Positions 47,404-58,200 of a stretch of DNA of 64,000 nt are shown piece by piece (position 1 is the first letter of the stretch; each line of letters begins with the position of its first letter). A program made the translations under genes and the position numbers. The notes under the pieces were generated by a model. It was not told the origin of the DNA and did not search any database. It saw nothing but the letters and a program-made list of their open reading frames with translations. This DNA comes from Candidatus Nanoarchaeia archaeon (GTDB lineage: Archaea > Nanobdellota > Nanobdellia > SCGC-AAA011-G17 > JACPNG01), in assembly GCA_028714095.1 (NCBI GenBank), contig JAQTMY010000002.1, positions 14,636 through 78,635 on the forward strand, written 5' to 3'.

Positions 47404-48723
47404 ATGAAATATCAAATTGCTGTTCTTGGAACACATCAAAGTCAACTATTGGAAGAAATCTATAGGATTTCAAAAGATGTTGGAAAGGAAATTGCTTTAA
47501 AAGGACATATTCTAATAACGGGAGTATCGACAGGAGTTTCACAAAATGCAGCTATCGGAGCAAAAACTAATAAAGGGATAGTTATTGGGATTTCTCCAAA
47601 TAATAAAGATGAATTTTCAGAATCTATAAGATTAAATAATCATGATTTTGTTATAAAAACGGGATTAGGGTATAAGTTTAGGAATATTTTGACAATTAGA
47701 AACTCAGATGGAATAATTGTAATTAATGGTAGTTTTGGAACCTTAAACGAAGTAACTATCGCAGTTGAAGAAAATAAACCCATTGTGATTATAGAGAATA
47801 CTGGTGGTTGTTCAAATCTAATTAAAGAAATATTTGAGAAATTGAATCCAGAATATAGTTATATAAGATATGTAAATAATGCGAGTGATGCAGTTAATGG
47901 TTTGTTAGAGATGTTAGACTCAAAAATTGATGTTTCTTATATTGATGGATTAACTGATTTTTTTGAAAATTCCAATGAAAATGAAGTGAATTCCAAACAA
48001 TTTTATGAAACCGCTAGAGATATTTTTCAAAAAGAGGATCTAAAATGGCTAGATGTTGGTACAGGACCCGGGACTAAACTTATTAATATTTTAGAAAAAA
48101 TAAAGAATAGAAATAATATTAGTATAGAGGTTATTGAACCTTCTAAGGTTTGGTTAGACAAATTTTTAAAGAATTTTAGATTATCCGGACTATCTAATCA
48201 TGTTAAAAATATGTATAATTGTATCTGGGAGGAATTTGATATAAACAAAAAGTATGATTTAATTACCTTTTTTCATTCAGTTTATGGTATAAAAACAGAA
48301 TCATTAAAGCGTATCCCAGAAATGCTAGCCGAGAATGGGATTGCATGTATTGTTGTTGAAAGCCATAATTCTGCTTTAAATAAAATTAAAAAATCCCTTT
48401 TTCCATATATTCATCATAAAGAATTAATGTCCTCTTCTAAAGAGATTATTGAAATTTTAGAAAAGTATAAAATTAATTATAAAGTTGAAGAAAGTAAAGA
48501 GGATCAGAGATTTTATGTAGATAATTTATTAAATAAAGAGGATAAAACTCAGATTAGGTTATTATCTTTTATATTACAAACAAAAATTAAAGATCATAAA
48601 AAATTAATCTCTAAGGAAGTTACTGATAAACTTGAAGCTGAATTAAAAAAATATATAAAAATAGATGGGAATAATAATCAATACATAAGCATCCCTGACA
48701 CCTTTATATGGATTAGTAAATAA
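47404..48723 (+). CDS. Fusion of LOG/SLOG (TIGR00725-like) domain and class I SAM methyltransferase
   Basis: N-terminal ILITG, IGISP, TGLG..RN, GSFGTLNE; C-terminal WLDVGTGPG, IEPS, YDLITFFHSVY. Confidence 0.8.
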   Translation: MKYQIAVLGTHQSQLLEEIYRISKDVGKEIALKGHILITGVSTGVSQNAAIGAKTNKGIVIGISPNNKDEFSESIRLNNHDFVIKTGLGYKFRNILTIRNSDGIIVINGSFGTLNEVTIAVEENKPIVIIENTGGCSNLIKEIFEKLNPEYSYIRYVNNASDAVNGLLEMLDSKIDVSYIDGLTDFFENSNENEVNSKQFYETARDIFQKEDLKWLDVGTGPGTKLINILEKIKNRNNISIEVIEPSKVWLDKFLKNFRLSGLSNHVKNMYNCIWEEFDINKKYDLITFFHSVYGIKTESLKRIPEMLAENGIACIVVESHNSALNKIKKSLFPYIHHKELMSSSKEIIEILEKYKINYKVEESKEDQRFYVDNLLNKEDKTQIRLLSFILQTKIKDHKKLISKEVTDKLEAELKKYIKIDGNNNQYISIPDTFIWISK

Positions 48724-48763
48724 ATATCAAAAACTCTATAAATACCTTCTTCTTTATTTCTTT

Positions 48764-49513
48764 ATGTTTATTCATAACTTAGACCCAGTATTACTGACAA
48801 TCTTTGGTTTAGAGGTAAGATACTATGGTTTAATTTATGTTATCTCCTTTATCATTGCTTATTTTCTGTTGAAGAAATTATCAAAAGAAAATGATCTTAA
48901 TCTCAAAGTAGATGATTTTTTGTTCTATGTTGTTATAGGAGCAATAATCGGAGCAAGGTTGTTTTATGTTATATTTTACAATTTTTCCTATTTCTGGGCA
49001 AATCCGGTTGAGATTGTAATATTGTGGAGGGGAGGATTATCTTTCCATGGAGGTTTGGTTGGAGCAGTTATTGCCGGTCTAATTTATTCAAAAGTTAAAA
49101 AAATAAATTTCTGGAAGTTGGCAGATATTTCTGTAATACCCTTGGCAATAGGATTATTCCTGGGAAGAATTGGCAACTTCATAAATGGAGAATTATATGG
49201 AAGGATAACTAATGTACCATGGGCAGTTAAATTCCCAAATGCAGAAGGGTATAGGCATCCATCCCAGATATATGAGTCCTTAAAAAATTTATTTATCTTC
49301 TTTATATTATGGTTTAACAGAAAATCCAAACATAAGGCAGGGTTTAATTTTGCGTTATTTATGCTGCTTTACTCTGTTCTAAGGTTTATAATAGAATTTT
49401 TCAGGGCTCCTGACCAAAATATAGGTTTTATTTGTGGTCTTACAATGGGACAACTTTTAAATATACCCTTGTTTTTAATATCATTATACCTCTTAATAAA
49501 GAAAATAAAATGA
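48764..49513 (+). CDS. lgt: Prolipoprotein diacylglyceryl transferase
   Basis: RYYGL, GARL, GGLSFHGG, GRIGNFINGELYG, HPSQIYE, RFIIEFFR. Confidence 0.96.
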   Translation: MFIHNLDPVLLTIFGLEVRYYGLIYVISFIIAYFLLKKLSKENDLNLKVDDFLFYVVIGAIIGARLFYVIFYNFSYFWANPVEIVILWRGGLSFHGGLVGAVIAGLIYSKVKKINFWKLADISVIPLAIGLFLGRIGNFINGELYGRITNVPWAVKFPNAEGYRHPSQIYESLKNLFIFFILWFNRKSKHKAGFNFALFMLLYSVLRFIIEFFRAPDQNIGFICGLTMGQLLNIPLFLISLYLLIKKIK

Positions 49514-50079
49514 ACGACCAGATAAGAAAAGATATAATAAAGATAATCGATGAAGCTTTGTCTGCTATAGACAAAAAAGATATTTCTGCTATAAAAGAGA
49601 GTTCTAACCATACAATTCATGATGCAACTACAAATCAGGACGATAATTCTGCAGGTATAGCTGTAATAATATATTCTATATATAAAATATTTAATAATCC
49701 GGAATTGACTAAGCATAAACGATGGCCAAGATTCCTTAAGGACTTAAGATTATATCTGAACAAGGCAAAACAGGCCCTTGAAAGAAATGACTTTAAAAAA
49801 TATAATAAATTTACATCCATGATAATAAGGAGCATGTCCAGAATTGATTCTAAACTTGGAACCTACATTGCTTCTGTTATAGAAAATGCAAAAATCAAAA
49901 AAGGTTCTAAAATTTATGAGCATGGAGTTTCTGCTTCAAGAGCAGCAGAGATATTAGGGATAACTCCCTGGGAGCTTATGAATTATATTGGTAGTGTAAA
50001 CATCTCAGATGAACAACCAATTATCACCAAAAAAACTAAGGAGAGGTTAGAGTATACAAGATCTTTATTTAAAATATGA
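49510..50079 (+). CDS. Hypothetical protein with C-terminal HTH-like segment
   Basis: EHGVSASRAAEILGITPWELMNYIG; ATGA overlaps at both ends. Confidence 0.7.
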   Translation: MNDQIRKDIIKIIDEALSAIDKKDISAIKESSNHTIHDATTNQDDNSAGIAVIIYSIYKIFNNPELTKHKRWPRFLKDLRLYLNKAKQALERNDFKKYNKFTSMIIRSMSRIDSKLGTYIASVIENAKIKKGSKIYEHGVSASRAAEILGITPWELMNYIGSVNISDEQPIITKKTKERLEYTRSLFKI

Positions 50080-50783
50080 AATCCATAGTATTTGACTCAA
50101 GTACAATCATAAGTATTGCAACAAATAATTTATTGAAAACTCTTTTAAGATTAAAAGAAAAATTCAATGGCCAATTTTATATCCCTGAAGGTGCAAAAGA
50201 AGAGATAATCCTAAAGCCACTTAGTTCCAGAAGGTTTAAACTAGAGGCGATGCAGGTTTTGTCAGAAGTTGGTAGCGGAGTCATAGAGATTTATTCAAAC
50301 CCAAGAGTTAAGGAAAGAGCAAAACAGTTACTAGATAGAGCCAACAATTTAATAAAAGCAAGAGGGAACTGGGTAACAATTGTTGATGAAACAGACATGG
50401 AAGCCCTCGCTCTAGCAGAATATCTTAATGCAGATGCTCTCGCAGTTGATGAAAGAACAATAAGATTATTAGTTGAGGATCCTCCGGCAATAGCTAATCT
50501 TTTCGAGAATAAGCTGCATACTAAAGTAGAGGTAAATCAAAACAATTTGAATTTCTTTAAAGATGAACTTAAAAAAGTAAAGATAGTAAGATCTACAGAA
50601 TTAATGACTGTTGCTTTCGAACTTGGAATTTTGGATGAATATACAACATCAGATGAATTAAATATAGTTAAGATAGACCTTAGAAAAAATCTCTTAGAAG
50701 GGCTATTGTGGGGCCTTAAATTAAACGGATGTGCTATTTCTGAAGATGAGATAAATGATATTATTAAGAGCTCCTTGAAGTAG
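50076..50783 (+). CDS. PIN-domain-like protein
   Basis: IVFDSSTIIS, EE, D..D.EALALA, AVDER. Confidence 0.65.
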   Translation: MKSIVFDSSTIISIATNNLLKTLLRLKEKFNGQFYIPEGAKEEIILKPLSSRRFKLEAMQVLSEVGSGVIEIYSNPRVKERAKQLLDRANNLIKARGNWVTIVDETDMEALALAEYLNADALAVDERTIRLLVEDPPAIANLFENKLHTKVEVNQNNLNFFKDELKKVKIVRSTELMTVAFELGILDEYTTSDELNIVKIDLRKNLLEGLLWGLKLNGCAISEDEINDIIKSSLK

Positions 50784-50831
50784 CTGAAAAGCAAAAATTT
50801 ATATAATTGGCCTTAGTTTTCTAAATTGTAA

Positions 50832-50905
50832 GGGGGCGTAGCACAACCCGGCTAGTGTAATCGGCTCCAGACCGATTGATCCAGGTTCAAATCCTGGCGT
50901 CCCCA
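50832..50905 (+). tRNA. tRNA-Trp(CCA), intronless
   Basis: GGGGGCG/CGTCCCC-A, anticodon arm ATCGG-CTCCAGA-CCGAT, GGTTCAAATCC. Confidence 0.93.
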
Positions 50906-51051
50906 TTCTTAACTGCTTATTTGGCCATTTGGTTAGGGATTCTTAAAATCTTATACCATTATAAAGTAACAACAAAATAGAAAGATTTATAAATAATTCA
51001 TTATCTAATAATGGTAACTATATTTCATGAAATACAAATTGGAGGCCCAAA

Positions 51052-52428
51052 ATGTTAGATTTTAAAAAAATAATGCTTTTCCTAGCAGTTTTACTTATTA
51101 CACTAACTTCAGCCTTGGCTGACATTGGAATAGGTAATAATGGAGACTGTTCAGGTATAGACAATACAGACCTTATGACTCAAGGTAATATTCTTACTAA
51201 TGGTTGGAATTCCCTTAATCAGGTAATGTTAAAGGGCGAAACTCATTCAGTAACCTTTACTAATATATATAATGGAAATTCTTATCCAGTTACAATAGAT
51301 TACCAAGTATTTTACTGCACAGGATATGGACTAACCCACTGTGATAACTTTATGTATAGTAATTCTGTAACAATCCAGCCCGGTGAAACTCTAAGTGAAT
51401 TTCCTATTTCATTTACTCCATGGAGTATAGGAACTTATCAGTTAGATTGGAGAACAAGCGACAGCTCATCTGAACTATCAGATGGATGTACTTTCTGGGC
51501 TTACATGGTAGAAGTTTATCCAAGAAGAAATGAATGCACTCCCGGAACTGTTCAGACAAAACAATGCGGAACAAGTACTGGGGTATGTGAATATGGCTAC
51601 CAAGAAAGAACCTGTAATATTAAAGGAAAATGGAGTGTTTGGAGTGAATGTATTGGAGCGGTTAATCCTACAGAAGAAATATGCGGAGATGGTTTAGATA
51701 ATGATTGTAATGGCCAGACAGATGAAAATTGTGAAATAGTATGTAATAATGATGACGACTGTGGAACATCTGGTCCGGTTGGAGATGCCTACTGTTTTGG
51801 TAACTACTTATATCAGGATTATATATATAATGTCTGCATCTGCCCAGGAGCAATAGATTCATATTGTGATAGTTGGCCATGGAGCTATGAGCTACAGAAA
51901 TGCACATACGGTTGTTTCAATGGTGAATGTTTAGGGCCTAGTTATGCATGTTCAGATGATGTTGATAATGATGGGGATTTATTAATCGATGAGAATGACC
52001 CCGGATGCCACACAGATTTAAATCCAGACAATCCAGATTCATATGATCCATATGATAATGATGAATCAAATATAGTAGATGATACAGAACCAGTGATAAG
52101 TTACTGTGATTCTTCAGAATTCAATGTATTTAGTTTCTTCCCATACGAAGAGGAAGGAGCTCCAGGAGATACCTTAGAACTTTTAATTAAGGTAAAAAAT
52201 AACGGTTGCTTTGATGAAAAGAAAGTTATGGTTAAAGTCCAGGATTTAAACACAGGATACCAGGATATTATAACCTCAAGCACAAAACTACAGAGATTTG
52301 AAAGCACTTGGTTTGACTATATGTTCGAAATTCCTAGGGATCAGGACTCAGGAGAACAGATACTTAAAATCGTCGTAGGCAATGATAATAACGAAGTTTA
52401 TGGTTACCAAACCTACTTCGTATTTTAA
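51052..52428 (+). CDS. Secreted Cys/Asp-rich surface protein
   Basis: Signal peptide; EICGDGLDNDCNGQTDE and CSDDVDNDGDLLID metal-binding-type motifs; Ig-like C-terminus. Confidence 0.75.
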   Translation: MLDFKKIMLFLAVLLITLTSALADIGIGNNGDCSGIDNTDLMTQGNILTNGWNSLNQVMLKGETHSVTFTNIYNGNSYPVTIDYQVFYCTGYGLTHCDNFMYSNSVTIQPGETLSEFPISFTPWSIGTYQLDWRTSDSSSELSDGCTFWAYMVEVYPRRNECTPGTVQTKQCGTSTGVCEYGYQERTCNIKGKWSVWSECIGAVNPTEEICGDGLDNDCNGQTDENCEIVCNNDDDCGTSGPVGDAYCFGNYLYQDYIYNVCICPGAIDSYCDSWPWSYELQKCTYGCFNGECLGPSYACSDDVDNDGDLLIDENDPGCHTDLNPDNPDSYDPYDNDESNIVDDTEPVISYCDSSEFNVFSFFPYEEEGAPGDTLELLIKVKNNGCFDEKKVMVKVQDLNTGYQDIITSSTKLQRFESTWFDYMFEIPRDQDSGEQILKIVVGNDNNEVYGYQTYFVF

Positions 52429-52556
52429 TTTTTTTAATTCTTTTATCTTTTATTTTTAATATCCTTTTTAGAATATACGGTTTCTATATAATAAATGTTT
52501 AAATACTATCCCAACTCCCGAATGATAACAAAATATTAATGGTCAAGGGGGTAATT

Positions 52557-53828
52557 ATGATGAAAAAGCTAGGTTTGATAACCTTTTCATTGGCTTTGGT
52601 AGTTTTCTTAGCTGTATCTGTAACAGCAGCAGACTATGAAGTTAATGAAGTAAAAATTGATGGGATTACAATTGATTCAGGAAAAACAGTTTATGCAGAG
52701 ACAGACAGTGAACTAGAAATTGAAGTCTTTATACTATATGAAACAGGAACCAAAACCTATGATGATGTTAAAGTTAAAGCCTGGGTTGGGGGTTATGAAT
52801 ATGGAGATGTTGAAGAAACAACCGAACCATTTACCGTTGAACCAGGAGTGTCATACAGAAAGGTTTTGAAATTAGCTCTTCCTGATGATATGGAAGGTAA
52901 CGCAGATTACAAACTTCATGTGCAGGTTTATGACTCAGAAGAAGTTGCTGATGACTACACCTATCCACTTGAATTAAGAGTTCAAGCAAGAAGACACTCA
53001 TTAAAAATTCAGGATGTAATAATAAGACCTGGATCCAGTGTTGAGTCTGGAAATCCTTTGTTTGTTACAGTAAGAGTTGAGAACCTTGGACAAAAGAAGG
53101 AAGAAGACATCAGGGTTTCTTTGTCAATTCCAGAACTAGGAATTTCAGCAAGAGACTATATTGATGAATTAACTGCTAATGAAGATGCAGATTCTGCTGA
53201 AGACAATGAAGATGAAGAAGACTCAGCTTCAAGCGATGAATTATATTTGAGAATACCTGAAAATACATTACCAGGAACCTATACCCTTAATGTAAATGTA
53301 GACTACAACAGGGGAACAGATATGGTTTCAACCACAAAAACAATAACTGTAGTAAAGCCAGAAGAAGAAGTTGTTGCTGAAGAAAAACCACTAGTTAATT
53401 TTGATTCAACTTCAAATACAGCTGCTGTTGGTGAAGAAGTAGCATATAAAGTAACAATTGCTAACCTAAACCAAGAATCTGGGATTTACTCTGTTGAAGT
53501 GGATGGAGAAAGCTTATTTGCTAACTCAAGAATTGATCCAGTATTTGTTGTAGTTCCTGGAAAAGGTTCAGCTTCAATAAATATATATCTAACAGCTAAG
53601 GACTCAGCATCAGCTGGCCAACATCCTTTTGTTGTTAAGGTATTAAAGTCTGGAGAGTTAGTAAGAGAAGCTTCATTAACTCTTGAAGTTAAAGAAGCAG
53701 AAAAACCAGTATCAACTCAAAGCTACTTGGTAATAGGATTTATCGTATTGGTTGTAATCCTTATTATCTTAGGTATTGCAGTTTTGGTTGGTAGAGGTAA
53801 AGCAGAAGAACCAAGGCAATATTACTAA
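52557..53828 (+). CDS. Putative S-layer/cell-surface protein with Ig-like domains and C-terminal TM
   Basis: Signal peptide, acidic beta-rich domains, C-terminal TM followed by YY. Confidence 0.7.
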   Translation: MMKKLGLITFSLALVVFLAVSVTAADYEVNEVKIDGITIDSGKTVYAETDSELEIEVFILYETGTKTYDDVKVKAWVGGYEYGDVEETTEPFTVEPGVSYRKVLKLALPDDMEGNADYKLHVQVYDSEEVADDYTYPLELRVQARRHSLKIQDVIIRPGSSVESGNPLFVTVRVENLGQKKEEDIRVSLSIPELGISARDYIDELTANEDADSAEDNEDEEDSASSDELYLRIPENTLPGTYTLNVNVDYNRGTDMVSTTKTITVVKPEEEVVAEEKPLVNFDSTSNTAAVGEEVAYKVTIANLNQESGIYSVEVDGESLFANSRIDPVFVVVPGKGSASINIYLTAKDSASAGQHPFVVKVLKSGELVREASLTLEVKEAEKPVSTQSYLVIGFIVLVVILIILGIAVLVGRGKAEEPRQYY

Positions 53829-53842
53829 GCCTTTTTTCTTTT

Positions 53843-54583
53843 TTATTTTTTAGCTATTTTCCACAATAATTCAAAGTGTTTTTTATAAGAATTTGCTATT
53901 GTTTCATTCTCAATTATTATAGTAGTTATGGGTTTAGCAAAATCAATTATAGCTACCTTGTCTCCATAAATCATAGTTCTTGCAGGGGGTAGATATTCCT
54001 CTTCAAGAAATCTAATTTCAGCAGTGGTATTTGGAGAACTAAAGCCTTTTTTAAAGAGTAACTTAGTTTTAAATTTATGTTTCTTTGCAGTATTAATGTA
54101 TTTATTTAATGCACTCGGCATATGCTCAACGTAAGGATCTATATCAGTTCCAAATCCATAATTGGTAATTCCTTTTTTTCCTGCTTCTAATATTTCATTT
54201 AATACTATTTTTGGTCCTTGAGTTCCAGTATAAACTATTGTTTGATTATGTTCTTTTTTGTCTCTTTTTGATTCTATTAAAGGGAGGATTTTTTTAATTT
54301 CTTGTTGAGATTCTGAAATCTCTTCTTTTTTATCTTCTAAAAAATCAATTAATCTTTCTGGAGGAGTTGCATCATAGTGCTTAACCCCATTTTTTATTAT
54401 GAATGAAACAAGACCTTTAGTTTGTAATCTTTGAAGAACTTCATAAACCTTGGAGCTGGCGATGTTCGCTTTTTTTGTTATCTTACCTGTAGAACATAAT
54501 CCTAACTCTACCAAGGCCTCATAAACCTGGCTTTCTCCTTCAGTCAGCCCTATTTTTATTAGAGCTTGTTTTAAGTTCATCAT
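53843..54583 (-). CDS. TrmB family transcriptional regulator
   Basis: IGLTEGESQVYEALVELG...SKVYEVLQRLQTKGLV...HFELLWK; paralog of 45889-46641. Confidence 0.9.
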   Translation of the reverse strand: MMNLKQALIKIGLTEGESQVYEALVELGLCSTGKITKKANIASSKVYEVLQRLQTKGLVSFIIKNGVKHYDATPPERLIDFLEDKKEEISESQQEIKKILPLIESKRDKKEHNQTIVYTGTQGPKIVLNEILEAGKKGITNYGFGTDIDPYVEHMPSALNKYINTAKKHKFKTKLLFKKGFSSPNTTAEIRFLEEEYLPPARTMIYGDKVAIIDFAKPITTIIIENETIANSYKKHFELLWKIAKK

Positions 54584-54698
54584 CCCAAGTTATTTTTTCT
54601 GTTTAAATATTTTTCCCTAATGAGGGGGGGGTAAAATATAAAAATGGCAGGTATTGCCTATGGAGTAATAATTAATCAAAAAGGTAAATGGAGCTAAA

Positions 54699-55274
54699 AT
54701 GGGTAAGAAAGATTATGATACTAACTTAGATCAAATCAATCTAGCTAGGGAGGATCCTGTCCTCTATAAAGTACTGAATGAATATCAACAGCATAACTAT
54801 CTAGATGATTTACGCCCAAAAGGTAAAAAGTTCAACGAAAGATCCCCCCTTGGCAATGAGTTAAGTATAAATTATCAAATTGAAAACATCCAAGCTTGCC
54901 TAATCTTTGAACTCGGACTTGATTCTCTTAGAATTACCCCCAATTTCCCTAATTTATTACACGGACCTTTTTCTTTTGCAAGCCTTAACCCAAAGCAGGG
55001 TCAACAAAAAAATACCATCGATTTTTATGTAATCGCATTTGAACCGTATTTATATGGGGAGGTTTTAATCTCAGGAGTTTCAGATCAATGGATTGCAGAG
55101 ATCTTAAAAAGGGGGGCATTTGTAAAGGAGATTGAATTAGCTATCCAGAGGAAGAATCAATTATTAGATGAATATCGAACCAGTTCTGATTGCAATAATA
55201 AGAGAGACATTTTGAGGACTTGCACTCATAGTGTTGAAACACTTTGTTTAGAACATCTTATCGGAGAAAAATAG
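54699..55274 (+). CDS. Hypothetical protein
   Basis: 191-aa ORF with GGAG SD, divergent from TrmB. Confidence 0.6.
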   Translation: MGKKDYDTNLDQINLAREDPVLYKVLNEYQQHNYLDDLRPKGKKFNERSPLGNELSINYQIENIQACLIFELGLDSLRITPNFPNLLHGPFSFASLNPKQGQQKNTIDFYVIAFEPYLYGEVLISGVSDQWIAEILKRGAFVKEIELAIQRKNQLLDEYRTSSDCNNKRDILRTCTHSVETLCLEHLIGEK

Positions 55275-55289
55275 AGAAAACTTACAAGA

Positions 55290-58200
55290 TTATACTTTTA
55301 AACTTACAATTTTAGTTACACCCTCTTGCATTGAGACACCATAAAGACGGTCAGCTTCTGTAATAATAGAATCATTGTGTGAAACAACAATGTACTGGGC
55401 ATTTCCTGCATATTTGGCAATTAGCTTGCTTAATAATGTGGAATTTCTTTTATCCAATGCAGCGTCAACCTCATCCAATAGATAAAATGATGCCGGACTA
55501 TACTCCTGTATGGCAAATATGAACGATAATGCTGTCAAAGTTTTTTCCCCTCCAGATAGGGATTTAAGATCCATGAATTTGTTTCCTGCTAACTTGACTT
55601 TTATCTGCACCCCGCTTTCAAATATATTTTCTTCGTCTTCTATCTCTAGATGGGCCTCTCCTTTTGTTGACAATGAAGCAAATATCCTTTTGAAATTTTC
55701 TGCTAATGCCTTGTAGGTTTTCATAAACAGGGATTTTTTCTTTCCTTCTATCTCCTGCATCAGAGTAAATATATCTTCTTTCTCAGATTTTAAGACTTCG
55801 GCTTTTTCCATAATCTTTTCATATTCTTCATTTACCTTGTCATAAACCTCTAAGGCCCTCATGTTAATATTCCCTAACTGGCTCATCAATCCCTCAAATT
55901 TCTTGATCTCAAATTTAAGCTCCTCAATCTCAACACCTTTTCTTAATGAAATATCAGTATACTGGACAAATTCCTGGTTTATTGATTCTAATTCAGCAAC
56001 AATTTTTGCCCTGTCTATATTTATATTATTAATCCTGAACTCAATACCCTTTATTTTTTCTTCTTCCCTAAGCAAGAACCCTTCTTTTTTGTTTATTACC
56101 TGATCAATCATATTTCTTTTATTGAACAAGTTTCTGAAAGTATTATAGAATTCCTTCTCAGTTTTTTCTTTCTCCTTAAGTGCACCAGCTCCATCTGAAA
56201 GTTTTTTGTTTAATTCTTCAATCTCTGTCTTAAATGATTCCAATTCTTTTCCTGAATCTATTATTATCTTCTGTATCTTTTCTTTTTCCCTAAGATAAAT
56301 ATCTTTTATCTGGACATCAAATCCTTCAATATCAGCATTTATTTTTAGTATCTTGGAAGTAATTTCCTCCTTCTTGCTCTCCAATTCATTTATTTGTTCT
56401 GTTTCCTTCAGATTCTTCGTTTTTTCAATAATAATTGTTTTTTGTTCTTTTAATTTTTCAAGCTCCTGGGATTTAATCTTAATTTTCCCTTCTATTTCAG
56501 CTATCTCTTTAATAGTTAAATTAAAATCTTGGATAATCTGTTTTTGTTTCTGTCCTATTTCATCTAAGTCTTTTCCACCAGTTAATTTTTCAAGTTTAAT
56601 GATATCTGCCTCTAATCCTGATTTTGTATTTTTTAATTCGTAAATTTTGTTTTCATTCTCAACTCTTTTTTGGTCAAGCAAGGTAACAGTTTCTTTTAGT
56701 CTATTAATAGTTTCCTCTATTTTTGTAATATCATTTGAAAGGTCTCTTTCCTTGAATGCTCCGGATGGTTTTCTATACCCTCCCACCATTGCTCCGCTGC
56801 TTTCTACTAAATCCCCTTCTAAGGTAACCATCCTTATCTCTCCAACTCCAATCTTTCTCGCATTGTTTAAATTGTCTACAACAAGGGTTGAGCCAAAAGT
56901 ATAGGAGAATATGTCCTTGTATTTCTGGTTAAACTTTACCAGGTCAATAGCAAAACCAACAACCCCATTGTTGTTGACAAACTGCTTATGTGTGTTAGTT
57001 ATTTGATTCCCCTGTATCTTGTTCAATGGAAAGAAGGTTACAACCCCGGCCTTTATTTTTTTCAGATGCTCAATGCACTCCTGGGCAATTTTATCATCAT
57101 CAACAACTATACTGTTTAATCTTGGACCAGCAGCAACAGATAAAGCCTGATTATATTTTGGATCTACCTCACCAAGATCAGAAACCACCCCATGAACCCC
57201 TTTTTTCTTTAGATCTAATATATTCTTTATAGCCAGACTTTGCTGGGAGAAAGCGCATTGTGTTATCTGCCTTGCATTGAGCCTTGCTAAATCGTTATTG
57301 CTGTTTACTAAATTTTCCCTTGCCTTTGCCAGCTGGCTGTTTATCTTGGAACTTTCATTTAGCTCTTTTGTAAGATCAATTGTTATCTGCTTGAAACTCT
57401 TCTTCAAGTCTAAAATATTAATCAAACTTTCTTTGGATTCATCAGCATTAAGCATGGTTTTTTGATAGTCTATATTATCTTTCTTTCTTAACAACTGCTG
57501 TTGTCTGTCTTTTAACAATTCAATATCAACCAAAACCCTGTCAAAATTCTTCTCTACTTCCTCAAGGTTTCCAACCCCTGTAAGCTTACTCTTAACCTGA
57601 GCAAGTTCTTTTTTTACTTTTTCTTCATCTGTCTTCAATAGGTTTTTTTGTTTTTCCAAACTTATCTTATTTTTACGAAGTTCATCTATTTTTTCTTCAA
57701 TGTCTTTTATATTTTTAACAAGCTGGGTTTTTCTGTTATTTATTTTTGTTACTTCACTCTCGCAGACCTCTTTTCTTGACCTGTCTTTTGTTAAAGAAAT
57801 CTTTAGGTCTTCAATATCTGAATGTAGTCTTTTCTGTTCTATTTCTCCTTTTTCTTCAATGTGTTTGTTTATATTTTCAATTTCCTGCTTCTTGGATTCT
57901 ACCTCTGTTTTTAACTCAAGTATTTTTTTTCTAATACTTTCCATTTCATCCTGGTTAGATTTTAATTTTTTGTCTATATCTTCTTTTTTCTCTTCCTTCT
58001 CTTTAATCTGCATATGTAAGTATGTTGCCTTGTTTCTTTGTATATTCCCTTCCAATTCCTTGTATTTTAAGGCCTGATCCCTGTCTTTTTTTAATTCTCT
58101 TAAATTAATTTCTTTTTCATGAAGGATTATTTTGGCTTCATTTAGTTTTTCCTCAACCCTGTTTAATTCTAATAAGGATTTTTGTTTTTTTTCCTCATAA

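Noticed and set aside
49510-50783. HTH plus PIN pair as a VapBC toxin-antitoxin
   Set aside because: Both proteins are much longer than typical VapB/VapC and are coupled to lgt; more likely a conserved lineage gene pair. Not resolvable without a search.
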